The position numbers were made by a program, and so were the translations under genes. Under the pieces are notes generated by a model. The model did no database searches. It saw only the letters and a list, made by a program, of their open reading frames with translations, and had not been told where the DNA came from. A stretch of 64,000 nt of DNA from Clostridia bacterium (GTDB taxonomy: Bacteria; Bacillota; Clostridia; UMGS1883): contig JAZORN010000080.1 of the NCBI GenBank assembly GCA_045656645.1, positions 2,845 through 66,844 on the forward strand, given 5' to 3'. Positions 17,727 to 26,445 of the stretch are shown here, piece after piece (the first letter of the stretch is position 1; each line of letters starts with the position of its first letter).

Positions 17727-19920
17727 TGTACAGCTCCTTCAGCCTTCGTTTTAATCCCGTAAAGCGCATCTGTATCTTGTTGTTATTTATCATTGTACGA
17801 ATACTCTCCTGACTTCCTACAAGGATTACGAGAAGCCTTGCCCTTGTAACTGCGGTATAGAGAAGATTTCTCGTCATCAGCATAGGAGGGAAGGAGCATA
17901 CGGGAACGATAACTGCGCTCCACTCACTGCCCTGACTTTTGTGCACGGTGAGGGCATATGCAATTTCTAAGTCCTCAACAGAGGAAAAGTCGTATTCAAC
18001 AATTTTGTTGTCGTCAAAAAGTATGGAGAGGGTTTTGTTCTTCGCTGAAATATCAAGAATTGTTCCTATATCACCGTTATAAATTCCAAAACCGTCCTCA
18101 CTGCCGTCAGGCGTTGACCATATCATATCGTAATTGTTGCGTGTCTGTATAACCTTGTCCCCCTCGCGGAAAATCCTCTCACCAAAAGCTTTTTCCTTTT
18201 TATCTTTAGATGGGGGGTTAAGACGGCTTTGCAGTACACGGTTAAGATTTACTGTACCGACAATTCCTTTTCGTGAGGGGGAAAGCACCTGAATATCGTT
18301 TATTGAATCAAAGCCGTATGCCTTATTAAGTCTGCCCGAGCAAAGCTCGCAAATTGTCTCAAGTGCCGCCTCGCTCGTTCTTCCCATAAAGAAAAAGTCT
18401 GTCTTACTGTCATTTTCAAGGGGCATTTCACCTTTATTAATTCTGTGCGCGTTTGTTACAATGCGGCTTTCGCCTGCCTGACGGAAAACCTCGTCAAGCT
18501 TTACAGACGGTATAACACCGCTTTCGAGCATATCAAGAAGTACGTTTCCTGCACCTACTGACGGAAGCTGGTCGGCATCGCCTGCCATAATAAGTGTACT
18601 GCCCCTTTTCAGTGCCTTTAAAAGCGAGCCGAAAAGAACAATATCCACCATACTCATTTCGTCAACGATTACAATGTCAGCATCAATGGGGTTATATTCA
18701 TTTCTTGCAAAACGCTGATTTTCAGCATCATTTACTTCAACCTCTAAAAGGCGGTGGAGTGTCTTTGCCTCCATACCGCACGATTCGCCAAGTCTTTTTG
18801 CCGCCTTGCCCGTCGGGGCACAGAGTGCAATTTTATATTCGTTTGAGAGGAAAAGCTCCATTATAATTTTCATTATGGTGGTTTTTCCAGTTCCGGGACC
18901 GCCTGTAATTACAAGAACACCGCCATCATTTGCCATCATAACCGCCTTTTCCTGCATAGGGGAAAGGCTTATTGAATGAGTATCACAAATGCGCTTTATA
19001 TTTGCCTGAAGATTATCGGTAAGCGGCTTTTTTATATACATAAGGTCACAAAGTCTGCGTGCCGCCGTAACTTCCATATTGAAATAAAGGGGGAGATATA
19101 CAAATTCCTCCTCAAAAATAAGCTCACCGCTTTCTCTGAGGGAGAAAAGTGATGCGGTAATGTCCTCATTTTCGCAGCCTAAAAGAGAAGCGCAGTAAGG
19201 CACAAGCTCTGCCGCTTTAAGGCACGTATGCCCTGAAAGAGCCGCATTTGACAGTGCATATTTTATACCGCTGGCAATTCTGCCGGGATGGTTTTTCGAA
19301 ATATTCATTTCGCCTGCAATACGGTCAGCCGTTTTAAATCCTATTCTTTCAACACTGTCGCAAAGTATATACGGATTTTCCTTTATAAGGTCAATTGCCT
19401 TTTGTCCGAAAATTTTGTGTACACGCAGTGCAAGATTTGGTGTTACGCCGTATTCCTGCAGAAAAATCACAGTTTGTGCCGCATCCTGACGAATGAGGAA
19501 GGATTCCGATATTTTTTTTGCACGTGCAGGCGATATACCACGTATCGCCGCAAGCTTTTCGGGGGTTAGCGCAATAACTTCAAGTGACTCTTCTCCAAAC
19601 TTGTCCACAATTTTCCTTGCAGTAGATTCCCTCACACCGCTTATAATTCCCGAGGCAAGGTAGGAGAGTATTGCACTCGTCTTCTTGGGCAGTGTGCGTT
19701 CAAGCGAAGACACGGAAAACTGTTCACCGTAATCAGGGTGTGTTACCCATTTTCCGTAAAGGCGCACCTCTTCCCCGGGGGCAATAAAGGGCATATGACC
19801 GCATGCCGTTACAAGGGAGTGGTTATAATTTATATCGCATACGGTATACCCGTTATCCTCGTTCTGATATATAATTTCGTAAATTTCACCTTCAAGAATT
19901 GTCGGCTCCTGAGTGTTCAT
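17713..19920 (-). CDS. recD2: SF1B RecD2-type ATP-dependent DNA helicase
   Basis: Walker A GGPGTGKTT, motif II VDEMSMVD, C-terminal YALTVHKSQGSEW. ATG at 19920 (MNTQEP...) is preferred. The ORF opens at 19971. Confidence 0.85.
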   Translation of the reverse strand: MNTQEPTILEGEIYEIIYQNEDNGYTVCDINYNHSLVTACGHMPFIAPGEEVRLYGKWVTHPDYGEQFSVSSLERTLPKKTSAILSYLASGIISGVRESTARKIVDKFGEESLEVIALTPEKLAAIRGISPARAKKISESFLIRQDAAQTVIFLQEYGVTPNLALRVHKIFGQKAIDLIKENPYILCDSVERIGFKTADRIAGEMNISKNHPGRIASGIKYALSNAALSGHTCLKAAELVPYCASLLGCENEDITASLFSLRESGELIFEEEFVYLPLYFNMEVTAARRLCDLMYIKKPLTDNLQANIKRICDTHSISLSPMQEKAVMMANDGGVLVITGGPGTGKTTIMKIIMELFLSNEYKIALCAPTGKAAKRLGESCGMEAKTLHRLLEVEVNDAENQRFARNEYNPIDADIVIVDEMSMVDIVLFGSLLKALKRGSTLIMAGDADQLPSVGAGNVLLDMLESGVIPSVKLDEVFRQAGESRIVTNAHRINKGEMPLENDSKTDFFFMGRTSEAALETICELCSGRLNKAYGFDSINDIQVLSPSRKGIVGTVNLNRVLQSRLNPPSKDKKEKAFGERIFREGDKVIQTRNNYDMIWSTPDGSEDGFGIYNGDIGTILDISAKNKTLSILFDDNKIVEYDFSSVEDLEIAYALTVHKSQGSEWSAVIVPVCSFPPMLMTRNLLYTAVTRARLLVILVGSQESIRTMINNNKIQMRFTGLKRRLKELYSDAK

Positions 19921-20092
19921 ATAAATTCCTGCTCCAAATCTGAATAATAGTGTCATCGGAAAGTGTATCAATTATTGATGCAAGCTCCGACTTTTTTAAA
20001 ATCAGAGAATGACTGCCGCATCTTTGTGCCTTGAAAATCACAAGGGCTATCATCACGGCAGTTATTACAAGTGCAAATATTGCGCCATACAT
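19892..20092 (-). CDS. possible small membrane-anchored protein
   Basis: 66-aa ORF (MYGAIFALVITAVMIALVIF...) with one N-terminal TM helix and a ggggtg RBS 7 nt upstream. Its 3' end overlaps the recD2 start. No family recognised. Confidence 0.3.
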   Translation of the reverse strand: MYGAIFALVITAVMIALVIFKAQRCGSHSLILKKSELASIIDTLSDDTIIQIWSRNLYEHSGADNS

Positions 20093-20137
20093 AAACAAAC
20101 ACCCCGATATATCATATGAATATCGGGGATGTATGTG

Positions 20138-21334
20138 TTACAGATACCTTTTAAGGGTATCAACCATATCAAGTCTTTCCCAGGGAAGATTAAGCTCGTT
20201 TCTGCCGAAATGACCGTAAGCAGAAGTCTGTGTGTAGATAGGTCTGCGTAAATCGAGCGTCTTAATAATAGCTGACGGACGAAGGTCAAATTCCTTATTT
20301 ACAATTTCGCTTAATTTATCATCGCTGAGCTTTCCTGTAGAGAATGTATCAATTCTTACCGAAACGGGGCGTGCAACACCGATTGCGTATGCAAGCTGAA
20401 TCTGACATTTATCTGCAAGAGAAGCGGCAACAATATTCTTTGCAATGTAGCGTGCCATATAGCAGGCACTGCGGTCAACCTTCGTCGGGTCTTTTCCTGA
20501 GAAAGCACCGCCGCCGTGCGGAGCGTATCCGCCGTATGTATCAACGATAATCTTTCTTCCCGTAAGACCGCTGTCACCTTGCGGTCCGCCTATAACAAAA
20601 CGGCCTGTGGGGTTAATAAAATACTTTGTATCTTCATCAATAAGGGAGCTATCAAGCACGGGCTTAATTACGTGCTCTATCATATCCTGACGGATTTGCT
20701 CCTGCGTAACCTCGGGGGAATGCTGAGTGGAAAGAACAACGGTGTCAATCCTTTTAACCTTATCACCGTCATATTCAACCGTAACCTGCGTTTTCCCGTC
20801 GGGACGAAGGTATGGGAACTTTCCGTTCTTACGAACCTCTGTAAGCTTTTTCGCCATTTTCTGTGCGTAGTAGATGGGGGCAGGAAGATATTCGTCAGTT
20901 TCATTTGTTGCGTAGCCAAACATCATACCCTGGTCGCCTGCACCGATTTCAAAACCGTCATCCTCACCGTTTTTGGTTTCAAGCGATTTATTAACACCCA
21001 TAGCGATATCAGGTGACTGCTCGTTAAGTGTATTTAAAACGGCTATATTATTGTAGTGGAAACCCATTTCGGGGTCGGTGTAGCCGATATCCTTAACAGT
21101 ATTTTTTACAATTGCACGGATATCGCAGGTGTGTGTAGTGGTTATTTCACCAAAAACCATTGCAAGCCCCGTAGCAACGCAACACTCACACGCAACCCTT
21201 GCCTCGGGGTCGTGTGCTAAAATATCGTCAAGCACCGCATCGGAGATACGGTCACAAACCTTGTCGGGATGCCCCTCCGTTACCGATTCAGAAGTAAAAA
21301 ATTTCTTGTTTGTATTCATTGGTAAGTCCTCCAT
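20138..21334 (-). CDS. metK: S-adenosylmethionine synthase
   Basis: Signatures [12 protein letters not shown] and [16 protein letters not shown]. Confidence 0.95.
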   Translation of the reverse strand: MEDLPMNTNKKFFTSESVTEGHPDKVCDRISDAVLDDILAHDPEARVACECCVATGLAMVFGEITTTHTCDIRAIVKNTVKDIGYTDPEMGFHYNNIAVLNTLNEQSPDIAMGVNKSLETKNGEDDGFEIGAGDQGMMFGYATNETDEYLPAPIYYAQKMAKKLTEVRKNGKFPYLRPDGKTQVTVEYDGDKVKRIDTVVLSTQHSPEVTQEQIRQDMIEHVIKPVLDSSLIDEDTKYFINPTGRFVIGGPQGDSGLTGRKIIVDTYGGYAPHGGGAFSGKDPTKVDRSACYMARYIAKNIVAASLADKCQIQLAYAIGVARPVSVRIDTFSTGKLSDDKLSEIVNKEFDLRPSAIIKTLDLRRPIYTQTSAYGHFGRNELNLPWERLDMVDTLKRYL

Positions 21335-21346
21335 AATCCTTTGTTA

Positions 21347-21874
21347 TCAAAAAATAAGTCCGAGTAATCCGTAAGAAAAAATGCTCATAATAATACCTGC
21401 CGTAATTACGCCGCAGATAATTGAAATAAGCGCATCCTTAAATTTAAAATCAAGGAAGCTTGCAATCAGTGCACCTGTCCACGCACCTGTTCCGGGAAGC
21501 GGAATTGCAACAAATAAAAATAAGCCCAAATTAGCGTATTTAGTAACCTTTTCACGGTTTTTCTCAACCTTGCGTTCAAGAAAGAGGGGAAGCCACGAAA
21601 AAAGCCGTGTTTTTTTAAGGTAATTGCAAACGGGTGTGATAAGAAGCAGTATAAAAGGCACGGGCAAAAGATTTCCCGCTATTGAAACTATAAACGACGC
21701 AAGTGCGGGAAGCCCCAGTGCAAAAGCTACGGGAATAGCCCCCCTCAGCTCAATAATAGGGAGCATTGAAATAATAAGTACATAGACATAATTTGCAAAT
21801 GCCTCTGAAAGTCCGACAAGACCTACAAGGTAAACTGCAAGGGAATGAACTGCATTTTTAACCGTTTCTATCAT
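21347..21874 (-). CDS. small membrane protein, COG2426-like (putative small multidrug export protein)
   Basis: 175-aa four-to-five-TM ORF with the ELRGAIP motif. Its stop is only 12 nt upstream of the metK start. Confidence 0.5.
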   Translation of the reverse strand: MIETVKNAVHSLAVYLVGLVGLSEAFANYVYVLIISMLPIIELRGAIPVAFALGLPALASFIVSIAGNLLPVPFILLLITPVCNYLKKTRLFSWLPLFLERKVEKNREKVTKYANLGLFLFVAIPLPGTGAWTGALIASFLDFKFKDALISIICGVITAGIIMSIFSYGLLGLIF

Positions 21875-21906
21875 AAACTACCTCCGTGCATTACTACACA
21901 TTATAT

Positions 21907-21935
21907 ATTTTAAACAATTTATTCCGTTTTGTCAA
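21907..21935 (-). promoter_or_regulatory. putative promoter of membrane protein-metK operon
   Basis: On the minus strand: TTGACA (21930-21935), 17-nt spacer, TAAAAT (21907-21912). The leader is only about 30 nt. Confidence 0.45.
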
Positions 21936-21969
21936 CCTAATATATTAGAGATAAGTCTATTTTATGAAT

Positions 21970-22005
21970 AAAAAGGGGATGTAAAAACTTACGTTTTACA
22001 TCCCC
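21970..22005 (-). terminator. intrinsic terminator downstream of the dehydrogenase gene
   Basis: Stem ggggatgtaaaa / ttttacatcccc with a T-run on the minus strand. Confidence 0.75.
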
Positions 22006-22019
22006 TGAAAAAATTAATA

Positions 22020-23054
22020 TTAAAAACATTTACCGTCCTTGCAATCAGCGGCAGTTCCGTGTCTGTAGCAAAGCTCGTTTGCGCATTGCCCCGTAGCGAA
22101 AAATCCCGTGATATTTTCCACTGTGGTCTGCGCAATATTTGAAAGAGCCTCTTCTGTCAAAAATGCCTGATGCGATGAAACTATAACATTGGGCATTGAT
22201 ATAAGTCGTGCCAGGGTGTCATCCTCTATAATGTGCCCTGAATAGTCCTCGAAGAAAATATCGGATTCCTCCTCGTAAACGTCAAGACACGCCGCACCGA
22301 CCTTGCGTGATTTTATCCCTGCAAGCAGTGCCTCCGTATCAACAAGTCCGCCCCTTGAAGTGTTAAGGAGAACTACGCCACGCTTACATTTAGCAAGGGA
22401 ATCTTCATTAATAATATGCTTTGTATCATCTGTCAGCGGACAGTGCAGGGAAATAATATCGCTGTTATAGAAAAGCTCTTCAAGCGGTACATAACGGATA
22501 GTGTCTCCGTTATCAAGCCCCTCGTAGGGGAATTTATCATAGGCAAGCACCTTCATTCCGAAGCCGCGGCAAATATCAATAAATACACGGCCTATTCGTC
22601 CTGTTCCTATTACACCCACCGTTTTTCCGTGCAGGTCAAAGCCTGTCATTCCGTTAAGGCTGAAATTAAAATCCCTTGTACGGATATACGCCTTGTGAAT
22701 ACGCCTGATAGAAGTAAGGAGCATTGCCATAGTATGCTCTGCAACTGCATAGGGGGAGTAGGCAGGAACACGCAGAACGTGAATTTTGCCAAAGGCATAT
22801 TTCATATCCACATTATTAAAGCCTGCGCATCTTAAAGCAACAACCTTTACGCCCATGGCGCAGAGACGGTCAATTACAGCGGCATTTACCGTATCGTTAA
22901 CAAAGACACACACACCGTCAAAGCCGTGTGCAAGCTCTGCCGTATCCTCGTTAAGCTTTGTTTCAAAATATTTGAATTTAACATTATATTGTGCACCAAA
23001 CTTTTCAAAAGAAGGCTTGTCATACGGTTTGGTGTCAAAAAAAGCAATTTTCAT
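22020..23054 (-). CDS. D-isomer-specific 2-hydroxyacid (D-lactate) dehydrogenase
   Basis: NAD-binding loop GVIGTGRIG and a D-2-hydroxyacid dehydrogenase catalytic-domain pattern. It has a short Cys-containing C-terminal tail. Confidence 0.8.
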   Translation of the reverse strand: MKIAFFDTKPYDKPSFEKFGAQYNVKFKYFETKLNEDTAELAHGFDGVCVFVNDTVNAAVIDRLCAMGVKVVALRCAGFNNVDMKYAFGKIHVLRVPAYSPYAVAEHTMAMLLTSIRRIHKAYIRTRDFNFSLNGMTGFDLHGKTVGVIGTGRIGRVFIDICRGFGMKVLAYDKFPYEGLDNGDTIRYVPLEELFYNSDIISLHCPLTDDTKHIINEDSLAKCKRGVVLLNTSRGGLVDTEALLAGIKSRKVGAACLDVYEEESDIFFEDYSGHIIEDDTLARLISMPNVIVSSHQAFLTEEALSNIAQTTVENITGFFATGQCANELCYRHGTAADCKDGKCF

Positions 23055-23113
23055 ATAAATCCCTCCAGTATTTAACTATTATATCATAAACGATTATGAT
23101 AAAACAACCTTTT

Positions 23114-25471
23114 TCACCTTTTTGTAAGGTCATTTATACATATATCTGCAAGCTCTGATGCATATTCCATAGAATAGCCGTGGCTGATTACGTTTATGAC
23201 CGATTCGTTTTTCTTTGGCACAATAAGCACCCATCCGTTGTCGAAGGAGATTTTGAGGGCATCAGAGGTATCATTTTTTTGAGGATGAACGGCATAAAGA
23301 CGCTGCATAATTTCACTTTGCTCCTTTATACTGCAGCTAAGTGAAGTTGTCACAATGTTTGAGGGCGGTATCTCATGAATAAGAGAGGAGAGAGTTTCAT
23401 TATGAGTGTAAAGGAAATCAAGTAATAAAATTATTGCGCCCACAGCATCAAAACGGTAAACAAACTGATTCATAAAAAGCTCACGCCCGCCTTTTGAAAG
23501 CTCGTTCATAAGGTGCGGAGGGCTGATTTTTCCTCGGTGAACTGTTGCCCCGTATTTCTGTGCCATTACCTCAATGCTTTCAGGGGAAGAAAGCGGAATA
23601 TAAAGTGAAGCAGCAGGATATGTCTTCATAATTATAAGGGAGCACAGTGCAGAATAATCATATTCGCTTAAAATAACACCCTCATTCGTTACAAGGGTAA
23701 GTGTTTCGCATTTATAGTCGCATATTGCGCCTATGTCATAACTGCCGCTTACTACCTCTTTAGCAAAATTTTCTTTATCGCAGGAAGAGGTGAATGTGAA
23801 AACACACCCCAGATCGCTTGCGGCACTTTTTAAAAGCTCTGAAGCCCATTGTGAAGGACAGTGGATAAGAAGCTTTACACCAAGGGCTTTTTTTGAGGTG
23901 GAGTTTATAAGCTGTTTAAGGTAATAAAGCTTATATTCAAACATAAATTCATTTTCGGGAATACAGAGGGCGGATTTCCTTTTTGCCGTAGAGCTTGTTA
24001 TAAGCTTTTCTATTTTTTCAAGCCCGTCATCCTCAATATCAGCACCCAGGGAGTTAATTATATCAAGAGAAGCGTAGATAACACCGCTGCGCTCAAAGGT
24101 GCTCAGCGCAATACCGCCGTCAAGGTTATAAAACCGCACACCGCTTCGTGTGATGGGGAGAGGCTGTTCGCCAAAATCATAGGCTGTACCGCCACCTGAT
24201 GCCACCCCTGCGGCAAGGGCATTTTTAATCATATTACCGCTTCCTCCGCCGTCGCACGAAACGGCAATCTTGTCGCCCATAAGCGTGACAACTGCCCTTG
24301 CGAGCATTGATGCAAATTCAGGGGTAATTTCCCTGTTCATTACGCCGTATGCACCGCCATCTGAAAGAAGGGAACGAACACCCGCACTTTCCCATACGAT
24401 GTTTTCGCTGATACAGCTTTCGTCCTCAATATATTTATCGGGCCAGATGTGTACTCCCGTGCGGATTACGCAGTGCTTTCCGATTTTTGTGCCTTCGCCG
24501 ATTACACTGCCCTCGTATGCTGCGCTTTCAATTCCAATTTCGCCTTTTCTTCCTATAATTGCACCCCGTACTGATGCACCCTCGTATATATATGAATTAT
24601 CCATTATTGTGCTGCGCTTTATTCCTGCAAGACAATCGACGGTAACGTTATGACCAATCTGGGAGTAGGACTCTATTCTTGCCCCACGGTTTATCGTGCT
24701 GCCGCTTCCGATATAGACGGGCGGCATAATAACTGCACCCTGCATAATTGTGGCATTTTCATCAATCCACACCCCGGGCGCTCTTTCGTCGCAGGGGAAG
24801 GGAAGATTTATTTTTTTGTCAAAAAAGTCACGGATAACTCTGCGATAGCTTTCAAAATCAGATATATCCCTGATATATCCTTCTGCAAAAAATGAATATA
24901 CGGGTATCTTTTTTTCGCATAGCTTTTCTGCAAGCACTGTTATATCGGAGCAGTCACAAAGCTCTGCCCCTTTTGAAACGATAGCTATGGCGGCAAAGGA
25001 AAAGCCTGACGGATACGCAAAATCAGGCGAGCGCTTATATCCTCTTACAAGACCTTCTGCACCAATATCTAAAACACCGTATTCATATGCAGGAGTGCCC
25101 TTTTGTACGGCAAGTGTTGCACCGATGCCCTTCTGGGTATGAAAGGAAATCATTTTTTCAAGGTCTGTGTCTGTAATGACACTTCCGCTTATAAAAAGAG
25201 TGTCATCCTCCTTAAAAAAGAATTCGAGATTTTTAGGAGAACAAATTTCAATTTGCGCCTTATCGTGCGAAAAGGACGCAAAATGCTTTTTTATTTCTTC
25301 GCTATGCTGCGCTTCAATTATTGTAATGTTGTCAATGTTGTGGCGCAGCAGGAGGCGCACCGTATGTTCAATTACAGGTCTTCCCATAACGGGAAGCATA
25401 CTTTTGGGAAGTGAACAGGTAAGGGGACGAAGACGATTACCCTCTCCGTGTGAAATAATTACAGCCTTCAA
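23114..25471 (-). CDS. bifunctional-type sugar nucleotidyltransferase / phosphohexomutase-like protein
   Basis: 785 aa. N-terminal NTP_transferase loop (SHGEGNRLRPLT), a central left-handed beta-helix hexapeptide region, and a C-terminal phosphogluco/phosphomannomutase-like half. Confidence 0.7.
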   Translation of the reverse strand: MKAVIISHGEGNRLRPLTCSLPKSMLPVMGRPVIEHTVRLLLRHNIDNITIIEAQHSEEIKKHFASFSHDKAQIEICSPKNLEFFFKEDDTLFISGSVITDTDLEKMISFHTQKGIGATLAVQKGTPAYEYGVLDIGAEGLVRGYKRSPDFAYPSGFSFAAIAIVSKGAELCDCSDITVLAEKLCEKKIPVYSFFAEGYIRDISDFESYRRVIRDFFDKKINLPFPCDERAPGVWIDENATIMQGAVIMPPVYIGSGSTINRGARIESYSQIGHNVTVDCLAGIKRSTIMDNSYIYEGASVRGAIIGRKGEIGIESAAYEGSVIGEGTKIGKHCVIRTGVHIWPDKYIEDESCISENIVWESAGVRSLLSDGGAYGVMNREITPEFASMLARAVVTLMGDKIAVSCDGGGSGNMIKNALAAGVASGGGTAYDFGEQPLPITRSGVRFYNLDGGIALSTFERSGVIYASLDIINSLGADIEDDGLEKIEKLITSSTAKRKSALCIPENEFMFEYKLYYLKQLINSTSKKALGVKLLIHCPSQWASELLKSAASDLGCVFTFTSSCDKENFAKEVVSGSYDIGAICDYKCETLTLVTNEGVILSEYDYSALCSLIIMKTYPAASLYIPLSSPESIEVMAQKYGATVHRGKISPPHLMNELSKGGRELFMNQFVYRFDAVGAIILLLDFLYTHNETLSSLIHEIPPSNIVTTSLSCSIKEQSEIMQRLYAVHPQKNDTSDALKISFDNGWVLIVPKKNESVINVISHGYSMEYASELADICINDLTKR

Positions 25472-25513
25472 TATAAAACACTCCTTGTAGAATAGTTTAT
25501 GTCTGTCAGTGGA

Positions 25514-26185
25514 CTACTCTCGTATCTGTATTACGAGCTTTTTTTCATCGGTTATGCTTAAAAATATAATGTCCTTATAATCACTGATGTTATAGCGTTG
25601 AAGCTTTCTTTTAAGCCACTCTTCACTTACTCCTGCACCCTCGAGGTTTTTTTTGCGAAGCTTACCGTCAGATACAACAGTATGCGGAACGTGGGTTTGC
25701 GGCGGGGAAAGGTTCATATCAGCGCAGGTTAAGGGACGCTCTGTTTCTTTTGGAATTACGGAAAGCTGACCGTTTGTCTCTATAATCGCACTGTCAATCT
25801 GCGAAATGGAGCTGTAGCCTGCAAGGCGGAGCTGCTCCATAACATCATCTATACATATACGAAGATTGCGAAGCCTTTTAAAAAGAAGCTTACCGTCCTT
25901 TATTATCTGCACAGGCGATCCTGTAATAATGCGGCGCAAAAATTCGCTTTTGATTACAAGCAGAGAGAACAAAAGCTCCATCAATACGAGAGCAACTATG
26001 GGAACTACACCGTGTAAGAATGGTCTATTCTGTGTATCAATTGGAATTGTGGCAAGCTCTGATATCATCAGTGCAATTACAAACTCCGACGGCTGCAGTT
26101 CGCCAAGCTGACGTTTGCCCATAATGCGCATTGCCGTAACAACGCACAAATAGAGCAAAATTGTGCGGTAAAATATTGTAAGCAT
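25514..26185 (-). CDS. DUF421 (YetF-like) membrane protein
   Basis: 223 aa. Three N-terminal TM helices followed by a soluble domain, with a YetF-like sequence pattern (MGKRQLGELQPSEFV). Confidence 0.7.
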   Translation of the reverse strand: MLTIFYRTILLYLCVVTAMRIMGKRQLGELQPSEFVIALMISELATIPIDTQNRPFLHGVVPIVALVLMELLFSLLVIKSEFLRRIITGSPVQIIKDGKLLFKRLRNLRICIDDVMEQLRLAGYSSISQIDSAIIETNGQLSVIPKETERPLTCADMNLSPPQTHVPHTVVSDGKLRKKNLEGAGVSEEWLKRKLQRYNISDYKDIIFLSITDEKKLVIQIRE

Positions 26186-26232
26186 TGCGTCCTCCTTTTT
26201 GCTTGCAGATTTTGATATTTATTATTTGCATT

Positions 26233-26270
26233 AAAAAAAAAGAAATTCCCAATTTGAGAATTTCTTTTTT
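26233..26270. terminator. AT-rich bidirectional terminator hairpin
   Basis: aaaaagaaattc / gaatttcttttt inverted repeat flanked by A and T runs. Confidence 0.5.
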
Positions 26271-26361
26271 AAATACAAAACTTCTTTATCTTGTCTGAAC
26301 GTTTAAGAAAACAGCAAAATGTTTTAGAACAGGTGAACTGAACCAATTAAAGCCATAGATA

Positions 26362-26425
26362 AAGATTTTTTGCTTTGCAAAAAATCCACCAACACTTCGC
26401 ATTTCGAACTTCGCATTTCGAATTT
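26362..26425. repeat. intergenic repeat family B, copy 1 (64 bp)
   Basis: Hairpin ttttttgc-ttt-gcaaaaaa, then ccaccaaca, then a tandem 14-mer ttcgcatttcgaaN x2. Near-identical to 37996-38059. Confidence 0.85.
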
Positions 26426-26445
26426 GCTGTGCTAAACATCCCCTT

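Noticed and set aside
21970-22005. Apparent repeat family among terminators (21970-22005, 37953-37990, 41888-41930, 15804-15852), which all contain gtaaaa...ttttac
   Set aside because: The shared part is just the A-rich/T-rich upper stem typical of bidirectional intrinsic terminators. The lower stems are unrelated, so this is not a dispersed repeat.
26395-26425. Tandem 14-mers as a mini CRISPR or satellite array
   Set aside because: There are only two units, directly abutting with no spacers, and no cas genes. It is treated as a possible protein-binding site instead.
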